From: an uncultured Verrucomicrobiales bacterium
GTDB lineage: Bacteria > Verrucomicrobiota > Verrucomicrobiia > Limisphaerales > JAYPXF01
Assembly (NCBI GenBank): GCA_937893495.1
Contig: CALBIE010000023.1
Coordinates: 1 to 60,022, forward strand
Direction: 5' to 3'
Length of the DNA stretch: 60,022 bases
The notes under the pieces were generated by a model. It searched no databases. It was not told where the DNA came from and was given only the letters and a program-made list of their open reading frames with translations. Within the stretch, counting starts at the first letter, position 1, and the number at the start of each line of letters is the position of its first letter. A program made the position numbers and the translations under genes. Positions 17,103 to 25,493 of this stretch are shown here, one piece after another.

Positions 17103-18437
17103 CTACACTTTCCACTCACCACGGTAATCGCGGGTAAGCCATGCGGGATCGCCACCTTCGGCAAACGTGTTCTTCTTCGGATTCCATTTGATGCCGGCCT
17201 GGTTGTAGTAGGTCTGGTTGAGTAGATGGCAGGCGATGGCTGTGCGGCCGCCGACGATTTCGTTCGTAATCGATTTCTCGCGGGTGCGCATCGAGTTCAG
17301 GAAGTCACCGATGTGATTGGTGCTGCGATAAAGTTTCACTTTCGGATCTTTGAGATACTCGGCCTCAGCCTTGTCGAGTTCCTTGCCGAGGTTTGTTTCT
17401 TTGTCGCCGCGATCGATTTTTCCGGCGACAAGCTTGTCACCGATCCAGAGGCCAAAGATTCCGCGATGCACCTCCACCTTGCCTTTGGTTCCGTAGAAGC
17501 TCGCGCCCATTCCATCGCCGTGCATCATCGGAACGTCGCCTTCATAAACCAGTTGCGCACCTTTCGTCGCTTTCGGATCTTTGGCCGGTATCGTTGCCAC
17601 CGGGCCACTGTTGTCCTTGCCGAGTCCCCATTGGATGATGTCGATCATGTGGGCGCCCCAGTCACAGACCATACCACCGCCGTATTCCTTGTACGTGCGC
17701 CAATTCGGGAAATGACGATGATCCCCTCGTGGACTGAGGATGGAGTTGTACCCGCGTGACGGACCGGGTCCGATCCACATGTCCCAATCCAACCCCGGTT
17801 CAAGTTCCTCGGTCGGCAAATTACAAGGTGCACCCGGTCCACCGACGTTGACGGCTGTTCGTTCAACCTTGCCAATCACGCCATTGCGCACCAGTTCACT
17901 TGCAACGCGAAACTCGCGTGACGATCGCTGCATGGAACCGGTCTGGAGGACACGTTCGTATTTCTTCACCGCGTTCATCACGGCGACAGATTCATTCACG
18001 TTGTGTGTAAGTGGCTTTTCACAATAGACATCCTTGCCGGATTTTAATGCGGCAATGGTCTGATAGGCATGCCAGTGATCCGGGGTCGCGATGCAGACCG
18101 CGTCAATGTCCTCGCGCGCGATGAGGTCGCGGAAGTCCTTGTAGGCCTTGCAGGTGTTGTTCTTGTATTTGTCATCCGCCCGCTTCTTCGCGGCATCGCG
18201 CCGGGTGGTGTCGCATTCCGCGACGGCGACACAAACCGCGGACTTGTCTCCCATGAAACGATTCTGCAGTCCGCGGTTCTGCATGCCTAATCCGATGAAA
18301 CCGACAGCAATCCTATCATTCGGTTTCGTCTCGGCAGACCAAATGCCTGACGGGAGAATGAATGGTCCGGCAGCAATGGCGCTGGACTGGAGAAAACGAC
18401 GGCGGGTCGAGCTGGTGGATTTCATGAGGCGGAGCAT
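17103..18437 (-). CDS. Gfo/Idh/MocA family oxidoreductase with Tat signal
   Basis: The twin-arginine signal is STSSTRRRFLQSSAIAAG. The Rossmann motif is VGFIGLGMQNRG, followed by EKPL. ATGs occur at 18437 and 18425. Confidence 0.85.
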   Translation of the reverse strand: MLRLMKSTSSTRRRFLQSSAIAAGPFILPSGIWSAETKPNDRIAVGFIGLGMQNRGLQNRFMGDKSAVCVAVAECDTTRRDAAKKRADDKYKNNTCKAYKDFRDLIAREDIDAVCIATPDHWHAYQTIAALKSGKDVYCEKPLTHNVNESVAVMNAVKKYERVLQTGSMQRSSREFRVASELVRNGVIGKVERTAVNVGGPGAPCNLPTEELEPGLDWDMWIGPGPSRGYNSILSPRGDHRHFPNWRTYKEYGGGMVCDWGAHMIDIIQWGLGKDNSGPVATIPAKDPKATKGAQLVYEGDVPMMHGDGMGASFYGTKGKVEVHRGIFGLWIGDKLVAGKIDRGDKETNLGKELDKAEAEYLKDPKVKLYRSTNHIGDFLNSMRTREKSITNEIVGGRTAIACHLLNQTYYNQAGIKWNPKKNTFAEGGDPAWLTRDYRGEWKV

Positions 18438-18551
18438 AAGTGAACTTCCGGCGGCGTGAAGTCTTTTTGGCGGGGGGCGACCAATAAACCCGTTGCATCT
18501 TAAAATAATCTGGCGGATTTTAACCACCGGCGGGTGCTTACGGGTGAAACG

Positions 18552-20357
18552 ATGAATCAGGATCTGGAATTGTTGCGGAAATTCGTCCGAACCGGTGACG
18601 AGACGGCCTTTGCCCGAATCATGGAGGAACAGTCAGGGTTGGTCTTTCACACTGCTTTACGGCGACTCAATGGTGATTACGCATTGGCCCAAGATGCCAC
18701 CCAGACGGTCTTTGTCGATTTGGTAAAGAAGGCCGAATCCCTGCCGACTGACACGATCCTTGCTGGTTGGTTGCATCGCCAGACTATTTACGTGACCAGC
18801 AAACAGGTGCGCACAGAGGACCGTCGGCGCGTACGTGAACAAACCGTCGGCGAAGATGGGGACCAGGTGGAAGAGCCGGGTCATTTGTGGCGAGAAATCA
18901 AGTCGCTCGTCGATCGGGCCATCAACCAGTTGGGCGAAACCGAACAAAACCTGGTGCTCTTGCGTTATTGGAACGGGATGGGTCTGCGCGAAGCAGGCAA
19001 GGCAATCGGCCTTTCGGAGAACGCCGCTCAAAAGCGATTGGCACGCGCCGTTGAAAAACTCCGCAGCAGCCTTTCTCGATACGGCATCACCGGCAGCGTG
19101 GCAACTTTGACGCTGGCGCTCTCTGAGAACGCCATGGCGACTGTGCCGCCATCCGTTATCAGCAGCGTGTCAGGCGTAGCGCTGGCGGCGAAAGCATCCG
19201 GCTCCTCATCATTTGTTGGTGCTCTCAATCCGTTGGACTGGCTGATTGGATTGAAGGCCAAGCCGGTGATCGCGACGGCACTTTCATTGATGGCGATCTC
19301 GCTTGGAACCACCGGTTTCGTGGCCGGACGAACCGCTGCCCAACGTCACCATACCGCGACTCACTGGCAAGGTGCAGTGGATCAAGCTGCCGCAGACATC
19401 GCCACCAAAGCTGACTCACCCGTGGCGCGTATTGAATCGCCCAACACGGTTGACAGTAGTTCCACGAATGAACCTCCCGGAATTCGCGCGCCGTTGACGG
19501 TACGGGAGATTGTGCAACAAGCCGCCGTGAATTTCCGCACTCGCATCGCAAGTCATAATGCCCGCGCATTGGCTTACATCAATCTCAGCAAGCTGTCTCC
19601 CGAACAGGTGGATGAAGCAATTCGGGAACTGGAACAATATCGTGGCGAATCAAAAGTCTTTGACGGAATCGGCCCGATTCTAACCGGCTTGCTGGCAAGG
19701 CGCGATCCTTCGGGCGCGTACGAATTTGCCTGCACCAATTTTAACGGCCACGCCCGCGGACTTGCCGTCGTCAACGTGATTCGCGCCTGGGGAAAGAAGA
19801 ATCCACCCGAGGCGTGGAAATGGTATCACGACGTGACGGCGTCGGGCGAATTGCCGATTCGACAGGACACCTGGAGGTCAGCCGCCAACAACATTTTCAC
19901 GGAGTGGACATCGGCCGATCCGGTTGCGGCATTCTCGCAGCTCGAAGGACTTTCGGTCACGGCGGAGCGGGCCGTGCTATCAGGAATTGCCGATGCGGCT
20001 CTGGGCTCGCCTCGACGCGGGGAGATTCTCGAATTGATCAGCCAAATGCCGGACGAACGATTAAAGCGACGTGTCGCGCAGGATCTGGCGGGCGATTGGG
20101 GACGCCTGAATCCGCACGAAGCATCCGCATGGGCGGCCACCCTGAAATTTGAAGATCCGACCGCGCATCTCGAAGTCCTTGGCGAGGTTGCCGAAGAATG
20201 GTTCGTCAACGATCCGCATGAGGCGGCCAAATGGTTGCTCGCCAATACACCGGCACCGCTGAAACAAAAAGTTACCGGTTTGATCGGGCAGGCATTCATG
20301 AGGCTCGAAACCGAAAAAGGTGGATCCAGCAACAAGCGAACGCCCCCGCGTCCGTAG
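18552..20357 (+). CDS. ECF (sigma-70 family) sigma factor fused to a TM segment and a long repeat-containing C-terminal domain
   Basis: Region 2 is FARIMEEQSGLVFHTALRRLNGDYALAQDATQTVFV. Region 4 is LVLLRYWNGMGLREAGKAIGLSENAAQKRLARAVEKL. A hydrophobic segment and about 330 aa of W..DP..A..W-type repeats follow. Confidence 0.8.
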   Translation: MNQDLELLRKFVRTGDETAFARIMEEQSGLVFHTALRRLNGDYALAQDATQTVFVDLVKKAESLPTDTILAGWLHRQTIYVTSKQVRTEDRRRVREQTVGEDGDQVEEPGHLWREIKSLVDRAINQLGETEQNLVLLRYWNGMGLREAGKAIGLSENAAQKRLARAVEKLRSSLSRYGITGSVATLTLALSENAMATVPPSVISSVSGVALAAKASGSSSFVGALNPLDWLIGLKAKPVIATALSLMAISLGTTGFVAGRTAAQRHHTATHWQGAVDQAAADIATKADSPVARIESPNTVDSSSTNEPPGIRAPLTVREIVQQAAVNFRTRIASHNARALAYINLSKLSPEQVDEAIRELEQYRGESKVFDGIGPILTGLLARRDPSGAYEFACTNFNGHARGLAVVNVIRAWGKKNPPEAWKWYHDVTASGELPIRQDTWRSAANNIFTEWTSADPVAAFSQLEGLSVTAERAVLSGIADAALGSPRRGEILELISQMPDERLKRRVAQDLAGDWGRLNPHEASAWAATLKFEDPTAHLEVLGEVAEEWFVNDPHEAAKWLLANTPAPLKQKVTGLIGQAFMRLETEKGGSSNKRTPPRP

Positions 20358-20364
20358 TGTGAAT

Positions 20365-21663
20365 ATGAACCGGCTGCTCATCATCACTCGCTGGATATTT
20401 AGAAGCGTCAAGCTGGCGGCTTCGCTCTGCCTGAGCGCCTTCATCCTGGTCACGGGCGGTTATCTGCTCGGGTGGAATACGGTGTCATCGACGCCGGTGT
20501 CCGTATCGACAGATTCGAAACCGCAGTCCCATGGTCTCGCGGAGTCTGGAGGATTTTATTCGCGACCGGGTAGCGGTACGAAGTCCATTTCCACGGGTGG
20601 TGCTGATTCGGTTGACGAGGAGGATATCAAGCATCGAATTCTGCAACTGGCCGCGAGGCTGCGACCCGGAATGAACAGGTACGAACAGGCTGCTTACGCT
20701 CACGCCGAGGTCGCGACAATGACCATGGCAGAGGTGCAAGCCGGTTTGAAACAGCTCGCCGATGCCCCGCAGAATCGTGTCTTTCATGAATTACGGATGA
20801 TGATGCTGGACCGCTGGATGACTCTTGACCCGGAGAGCGCCTACAATTACGCGAGAGAGTATGTGGAGATGGCGCCACGACTGCTGCGCCGGGAATCACT
20901 GGATGGAATCATGTTGTCGATTTGGGCATCCAAAGATCCCGAGGGGGCATTCAAGAAATGGCAGAGCCTGCCTCCTGATGATCGCCCCACCGGATATCGC
21001 CTGGGCACAATATTTCGCAGCATGGGAGAGGTGGATTTCAACCTCGCACTCGGCACGGGCCTTTCGCTGCCTTCTGAGAATCATTATCACCTGCTCCGCG
21101 GCCTTGCCCGTTCGCCGGACAATGATGTCGAGCGGCAACAGTTGTTTGAAAAAGTCGCCCAGCTCCCTGACCGCGAACAGCGAGATGAAATCATCGCCAT
21201 GAGTCTTCATGGCTGGGCGAATGATTCCGGACCCGAAGCAGTGGTCAAGTGGCTTGATACGTCGAATTTGCCCTCGGTCGAACTGAACGAAATCGAAGAC
21301 AATCTCGCGATGCATTGGTTCTATGAAAATCATCAAGCCGCCGCTGACTGGCTCATGTCCCGGGCGGATTCCCCCGAACGGCGCGCCGACGCGCTTGATC
21401 GGATGGCGCGTCATTGGGCCACCTACGATCCGGTTGCCGCGGGCGAATGGCTGATTGCCCAGGGACTCGACGCCTCCGCCTCCCGCGCCATGCGGAATTA
21501 CGCCGATCGCATCGCGCGAAACTATCCAGAGGATGCCGTCGCCTGGGCTCGCGCCATTCCGGATAAGAGTATTCGAGCTGAAGCCCTGCGGCGCGTCCAT
21601 TTGACTTTCAGTGAGCGCTATCCCCGGGAAGCGGCGGAACTGTTTGGCAAAAACACGCCGTAA
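20365..21663 (+). CDS. Membrane-anchored protein paralogous to the C-terminal domain of the adjacent sigma factor
   Basis: The N-terminal anchor is LAASLCLSAFILVTGGYLL. The repeats (DPESAYNYA, KDPEGAFKKW, AAADWLMS, AAGEWLIA, DAVAWARAI) are collinear with sigma-protein residues from about 340 onward. Confidence 0.7.
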   Translation: MNRLLIITRWIFRSVKLAASLCLSAFILVTGGYLLGWNTVSSTPVSVSTDSKPQSHGLAESGGFYSRPGSGTKSISTGGADSVDEEDIKHRILQLAARLRPGMNRYEQAAYAHAEVATMTMAEVQAGLKQLADAPQNRVFHELRMMMLDRWMTLDPESAYNYAREYVEMAPRLLRRESLDGIMLSIWASKDPEGAFKKWQSLPPDDRPTGYRLGTIFRSMGEVDFNLALGTGLSLPSENHYHLLRGLARSPDNDVERQQLFEKVAQLPDREQRDEIIAMSLHGWANDSGPEAVVKWLDTSNLPSVELNEIEDNLAMHWFYENHQAAADWLMSRADSPERRADALDRMARHWATYDPVAAGEWLIAQGLDASASRAMRNYADRIARNYPEDAVAWARAIPDKSIRAEALRRVHLTFSERYPREAAELFGKNTP

Positions 21664-21795
21664 TCGAAGGCGGTCGGTGCTGGCTTGAATATGATTCAGG
21701 AGAACAATGAGAGCCCGGCAGGGTTCGATTACTGCTGTACGCGATGGCGGGATTTCAGATTTCCAATTTTCGCTTTTTACAACTAACGTGCATTC

Positions 21796-22644
21796 ATGGA
21801 AACGACGGCGGAACATTCCCCGGACACAACGGTACCGTCACCGTCGTTTATTCGCCGCTATTTCGATTTCATCGGGCATCAGTGGCTGGTGCTCATTCAA
21901 ACGATTCAGGGAGTTGGCGCGTTTGCCTTGATTACCCTGGGGGTTACGGTCACGAAGTTCAGTGTTTCCAGCCGGGTGATTCATCCGGCCATTCGTCAAC
22001 AGATTGCGCGCGCGGGGGTCAGGTTGCTGCCCGCGATTGCCTTCGTTGGGTTGGCCCTGGGGCTGGTGATCATCGGACAGACGGTCGCAGTGGCGACGCT
22101 CGTTGGCGCCAAACAATACATCGGGATTGTCATGGTTTCGGTGGTCGTGCGTGAGCTGGGTCCGTTGTCCGCCGCGCTGCTGGTGCTCGCGCGTGTCGGC
22201 ACCGCCATCGTGATTGAGCTGGGCACGAAACGCGCGCAGGGTGAAGTGGAGGCTCTGGAGGCGCTGGGGATTGATCCGGTGCATTATCTTGTCGTGCCAC
22301 GCGTCATCGGTCTGGCCATCTCGATTTTTTCCCTGACGATTTACCTCATCCTGACAGCCATCCTGAGCGGCTACTTGTTCGCCTTCCTGCAAGACGTCCC
22401 GTTGACACCCGGGGAATATTTCCGACAGGTCACTTCCGCGATCACGTGGCAGGATTTTGTGTTGCTGGCGGCCAAGACGTGCAGCTTCGGAGCCATCATC
22501 GCGGTCACGACCTGTTACCAGGGCCTGGCGCGGCACCTGCAGATTGAGGAAGTGGCGCCGGCAACGACCAGCGCCGTGTCGCACAGTGTCATTGCCTGCG
22601 TCCTGCTGGATGCGGTCTTCATCGTCGTTTACCTGCTGATGTGA
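21796..22644 (+). CDS. mlaE: MlaE-family ABC transporter permease
   Basis: VRELGPLSAALLVLARVGTAIVIELGTKRAQGEVEALEALGIDPVHYLVVPRV is the MlaE/YrbE signature. Multiple TM helices are present. Confidence 0.9.
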   Translation: METTAEHSPDTTVPSPSFIRRYFDFIGHQWLVLIQTIQGVGAFALITLGVTVTKFSVSSRVIHPAIRQQIARAGVRLLPAIAFVGLALGLVIIGQTVAVATLVGAKQYIGIVMVSVVVRELGPLSAALLVLARVGTAIVIELGTKRAQGEVEALEALGIDPVHYLVVPRVIGLAISIFSLTIYLILTAILSGYLFAFLQDVPLTPGEYFRQVTSAITWQDFVLLAAKTCSFGAIIAVTTCYQGLARHLQIEEVAPATTSAVSHSVIACVLLDAVFIVVYLLM

Positions 22645-23453
22645 TGAGCAAGTCGAAACAACAACGCGACGGGGTGCCGCTGATTGAATTGGCGGACGTA
22701 TCTGTCATGGCTGCCCCCAATCCGGGCGCGGTTTGCGTCGAGGGCGTGAATTGGCGATTGCAGCGTGATGAATTATGGATTGTCGCCGGGCTGAATTGGT
22801 CGGGCAAAACGGATTGGTTGGCGACCGTGGGCGGGCTGCAGCGGCCGGTATGCGGAGACCTCAGGATGTTTGGTCACGCGACCGCGGAACTCAAGCCGGA
22901 TGAATTACAGGACCTCCGCGTCCGCGCGGGGTTTGTGTTTGAGAACGGTGGACGGTTGTTTGGCGGCATGACCGTTGCGGAGAATGTGACGCTGCCCGTC
23001 TGTTATCACTCCAACTGCGACTCAGCGGAGGCGATGAAGCGCGTGACGCCGTTGCTCGAGTTGACCGGCTTGATGGAGGTGGCAAATCGTCTGCCTGTGG
23101 AATTGAGTCGAGGGCAACGACAGCGAGCGGCATTGGCCCGGGCTCTGGTGCTCGAACCCGAGGTGTTGTTGATTGACAACCCGGTTGCCAATCTCGATCC
23201 CCGCAATGTCCGCTGGTGGGTGAATTTTCTGGGATCATTGGCGCGGGGGCATGAACATTTTCAGGGGAAGAAGATTGCCGTGGTGTTGACGGCGGAAGAC
23301 TTTCGGCCCTGGCTGGAAGTTGGAACGCATTTCGGCACGCTGGCCAACCGCAAATGGAGGGCGTTTGGATCGAAACAGGAATTGACGTCCTCCACCGAGC
23401 CGTTGATCCGCGAGATGTTGTCGGATGTTTCGGTGGAAACGGTGACGCTTTGA
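22641..23453 (+). CDS. MlaF-like ABC ATPase subunit with degenerate catalytic motifs
   Basis: Walker A is GLNWSGKT. The signature is LSRGQ rather than LSGGQ. Walker B is LLIDNP, with Asn where the catalytic Glu is expected. The Q-loop position reads VFENG, and the H-loop position reads LTAED with no His. Confidence 0.8.
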   Translation: MMSKSKQQRDGVPLIELADVSVMAAPNPGAVCVEGVNWRLQRDELWIVAGLNWSGKTDWLATVGGLQRPVCGDLRMFGHATAELKPDELQDLRVRAGFVFENGGRLFGGMTVAENVTLPVCYHSNCDSAEAMKRVTPLLELTGLMEVANRLPVELSRGQRQRAALARALVLEPEVLLIDNPVANLDPRNVRWWVNFLGSLARGHEHFQGKKIAVVLTAEDFRPWLEVGTHFGTLANRKWRAFGSKQELTSSTEPLIREMLSDVSVETVTL

Positions 23454-23461
23454 TTCAGATC

Positions 23462-23613
23462 AACCACGAATGGACACGATTGAACACAAACAGGGGCATG
23501 AACAAGATTTCAACCAGGATGGCCGGCTGGTGTACCGAACTGTGAATGAAAGCGAAGAACCCATGTTTCTGAGCCGGTCCTTTATTCGTGTCAATTCGTG
23601 TGCATTCGTGGTT
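23462..23613. repeat. Long imperfect inverted repeat of the 'HEWTRI/VHSW' REP class between the mlaF-like gene and mlaD
   Basis: aaccacgaatg (23462-23472) is the exact reverse complement of cattcgtggtt (23603-23613). Pairing continues imperfectly for about 25 bp per arm, and the arms lie about 110 nt apart. Confidence 0.7.
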
Positions 23614-23652
23614 TCCCCACTGTATCGACACCGCTAAACTCGACGTCAATTC

Positions 23653-24831
23653 ATGCCACTTCAGGATTTAACACCTCAACTACGCACTCGCCTGAACCGC
23701 GTCGAGCACGCAGTGGGAATCTTCGTGATTCTGGCGCTGCTGATTCTGCTCGGAGGATTCTCCTATTACATCTACTTCACGGCGCAGAAGAAGGGCTGGT
23801 TCGTCCTCAAGGCGAAGTACTTCACCTACGTGGACAGCGCGACCGGTTTGTCGCAGGGGCAACCGGTAAAGATGATGGGATTCGACGTGGGCGAAATTAC
23901 TCACATCACCGCCGAAGCTCCGGGCATGGATCAGAACGTCTATGTGGAATTCATCATCAAGGGCGAGTTCATCGGTTATATGTGGACGGATTCCAAAGTG
24001 CGGTTGAATGCGGGAGACCTCCTTGGCAACCGCCAGCTTGAGGTGCTCAAGGGCAATTGGCAGGGAGGCTGGACGAATTCAGACGGGTCCACCGTTCAGG
24101 CGATTTACAAGACCGATGACAAGTTGGCCAGAATCGCGCAAGTGATCACCAACAGCGCGCCGGGCAAGTGGGATTATCAAGAATGGATTCCCGGGTCGAA
24201 GCCCTACTACATGGACATCCTCGAGGACCCGGCGCTGACCGAACGCGCCAGCAGTCTGGTGGGGATGGTGGAAAGCGCGATGCCGAATATCCTGTCGTTG
24301 ACCAACCAACTGCAAGAGACGTTGAAGACTGCAAACATGGCAATGATGAGTCTGGACCAGCGCATCAAGGAGTTTGAACCCATCCTCACCAATGCCAACG
24401 CCATCATCGCCGGCTTCAAACCTGCGGCCACCAACATCTCAATTATCACCGGCAACCTGACGAATCAAAATGGTGGTCTCGGGCAATGGCTGTTGCCGAC
24501 GAATCTCAATCAGGAAACCGAGCTGACTCTCATCTCACTGAGGGAAGCAATGACCGACTCGCGGGAGACCTTGACGAATGCCACGGCTGCCTTGAAGGGA
24601 ATTAACACCATGGTCGGCAACACCGATACGAACCTGATGGGCGTCATGGCGAGCGTCGGTGATTCCATCGACAATCTCGCCATGTTGACAAGCAACCTGA
24701 ACGCGCAGGTGGAGAGCAACACCAATCTCCTCGGTGAGGTCTCCACCATTATCCGGAACACCGACGAATTCGTTCAGGGCCTGAAAAGGCACTGGATGTT
24801 CCGGTCATTGTTCAAGAAGGAGAAAGAGTAG
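23653..24831 (+). CDS. mlaD: MlaD/MCE-domain protein with extended C-terminal coiled region
   Basis: An N-terminal TM helix is present. The MCE core is KAKYFTYVDSATGLSQGQPVKMMGFDVGEITHI. The gene follows mlaE and the mlaF-like gene. Confidence 0.85.
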   Translation: MPLQDLTPQLRTRLNRVEHAVGIFVILALLILLGGFSYYIYFTAQKKGWFVLKAKYFTYVDSATGLSQGQPVKMMGFDVGEITHITAEAPGMDQNVYVEFIIKGEFIGYMWTDSKVRLNAGDLLGNRQLEVLKGNWQGGWTNSDGSTVQAIYKTDDKLARIAQVITNSAPGKWDYQEWIPGSKPYYMDILEDPALTERASSLVGMVESAMPNILSLTNQLQETLKTANMAMMSLDQRIKEFEPILTNANAIIAGFKPAATNISIITGNLTNQNGGLGQWLLPTNLNQETELTLISLREAMTDSRETLTNATAALKGINTMVGNTDTNLMGVMASVGDSIDNLAMLTSNLNAQVESNTNLLGEVSTIIRNTDEFVQGLKRHWMFRSLFKKEKE

Positions 24832-24861
24832 AATTCGTGCCCGATCAATGGCCGCCGCGCA

Positions 24862-25317
24862 ATGAGCCTCGTCGAAGAATTCAAGCGACTCGTCACTGCC
24901 TTGCGCGAGGATGAGTTCGATTACGCCTTGTGCGGCGGGTTTGCGATGGCCGTCCATGGGTTTCCTCGGGCCACAATCGACGTCGATATTGTCGTGGAGA
25001 CGGATTCACTGGAAGGGTTGCGAAAGATCACGGGCAAGCTGGGTTATCGGGAGAATCCCGAGCCAATGGTGTTTCAGAATGGAACAATCGTGATTTATCG
25101 ATTCAATCGATTTGAGGCCGGCGATCCGGGCTTTATCACACTTGATGTCCTCTGTGTTACCGATGCGATTCAGGATCCGTGGCAGTCTCGTTACTCAGTT
25201 GACACAGAGTTTGGTCGGGTTAGCGTGGTTTCGAAAGAAGGCTTGATCAGCCTGAAATCGATTCGAGCGTCCGGACAGGATCTTGATGACATAGCCAATC
25301 TGAAAAAATCCGAATGA
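24862..25317 (+). CDS. Minimal nucleotidyltransferase-fold protein (AbiEii/DUF2204-like)
   Basis: The motif is CGGFAMAVHGFPRATIDVDIVV (GG..A...HG..R.T.D.D). The C-terminus has QDLDDIANL. The protein is 151 aa. Confidence 0.6.
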   Translation: MSLVEEFKRLVTALREDEFDYALCGGFAMAVHGFPRATIDVDIVVETDSLEGLRKITGKLGYRENPEPMVFQNGTIVIYRFNRFEAGDPGFITLDVLCVTDAIQDPWQSRYSVDTEFGRVSVVSKEGLISLKSIRASGQDLDDIANLKKSE

Positions 25318-25493
25318 AGGTCGATTACTCTCCGGCAGCCGTCACCTCCCGAATTAGGCAGGTCGGAGAACTGCTGGACATATGTCGCGGCCTGGATGCC
25401 AAACGTTGGGCTACGCGCGAGCGGGATAACGAGAGGGTTTCCGAAAGCGATTCTCCGCCGGACGAGCGTGACGAACAGCGGTCAACTACTTAA
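25314..25493 (+). CDS. Small 59-aa ORF translationally coupled (ATGA overlap) to the nucleotidyltransferase gene
   Basis: Hand translation gives MKVDYSPAAVTSRIRQVGELLDICRGLDAKRWATRERDNERVSESDSPPDERDEQRSTT. The ATG at 25314 overlaps the TGA at 25315-25317. It is absent from the supplied track, presumably for length. No family is recognised. Confidence 0.35.
   Translation: MKVDYSPAAVTSRIRQVGELLDICRGLDAKRWATRERDNERVSESDSPPDERDEQRSTT

Noticed and set aside
23455-23649. 64-aa ORF between the mlaF-like gene and mlaD
   Set aside because: Its sequence (..HECTRIDTNK.., ..FVFNRVHSWLI) is the usual translation of a palindromic repeat family, and the arms are reverse complements of each other.
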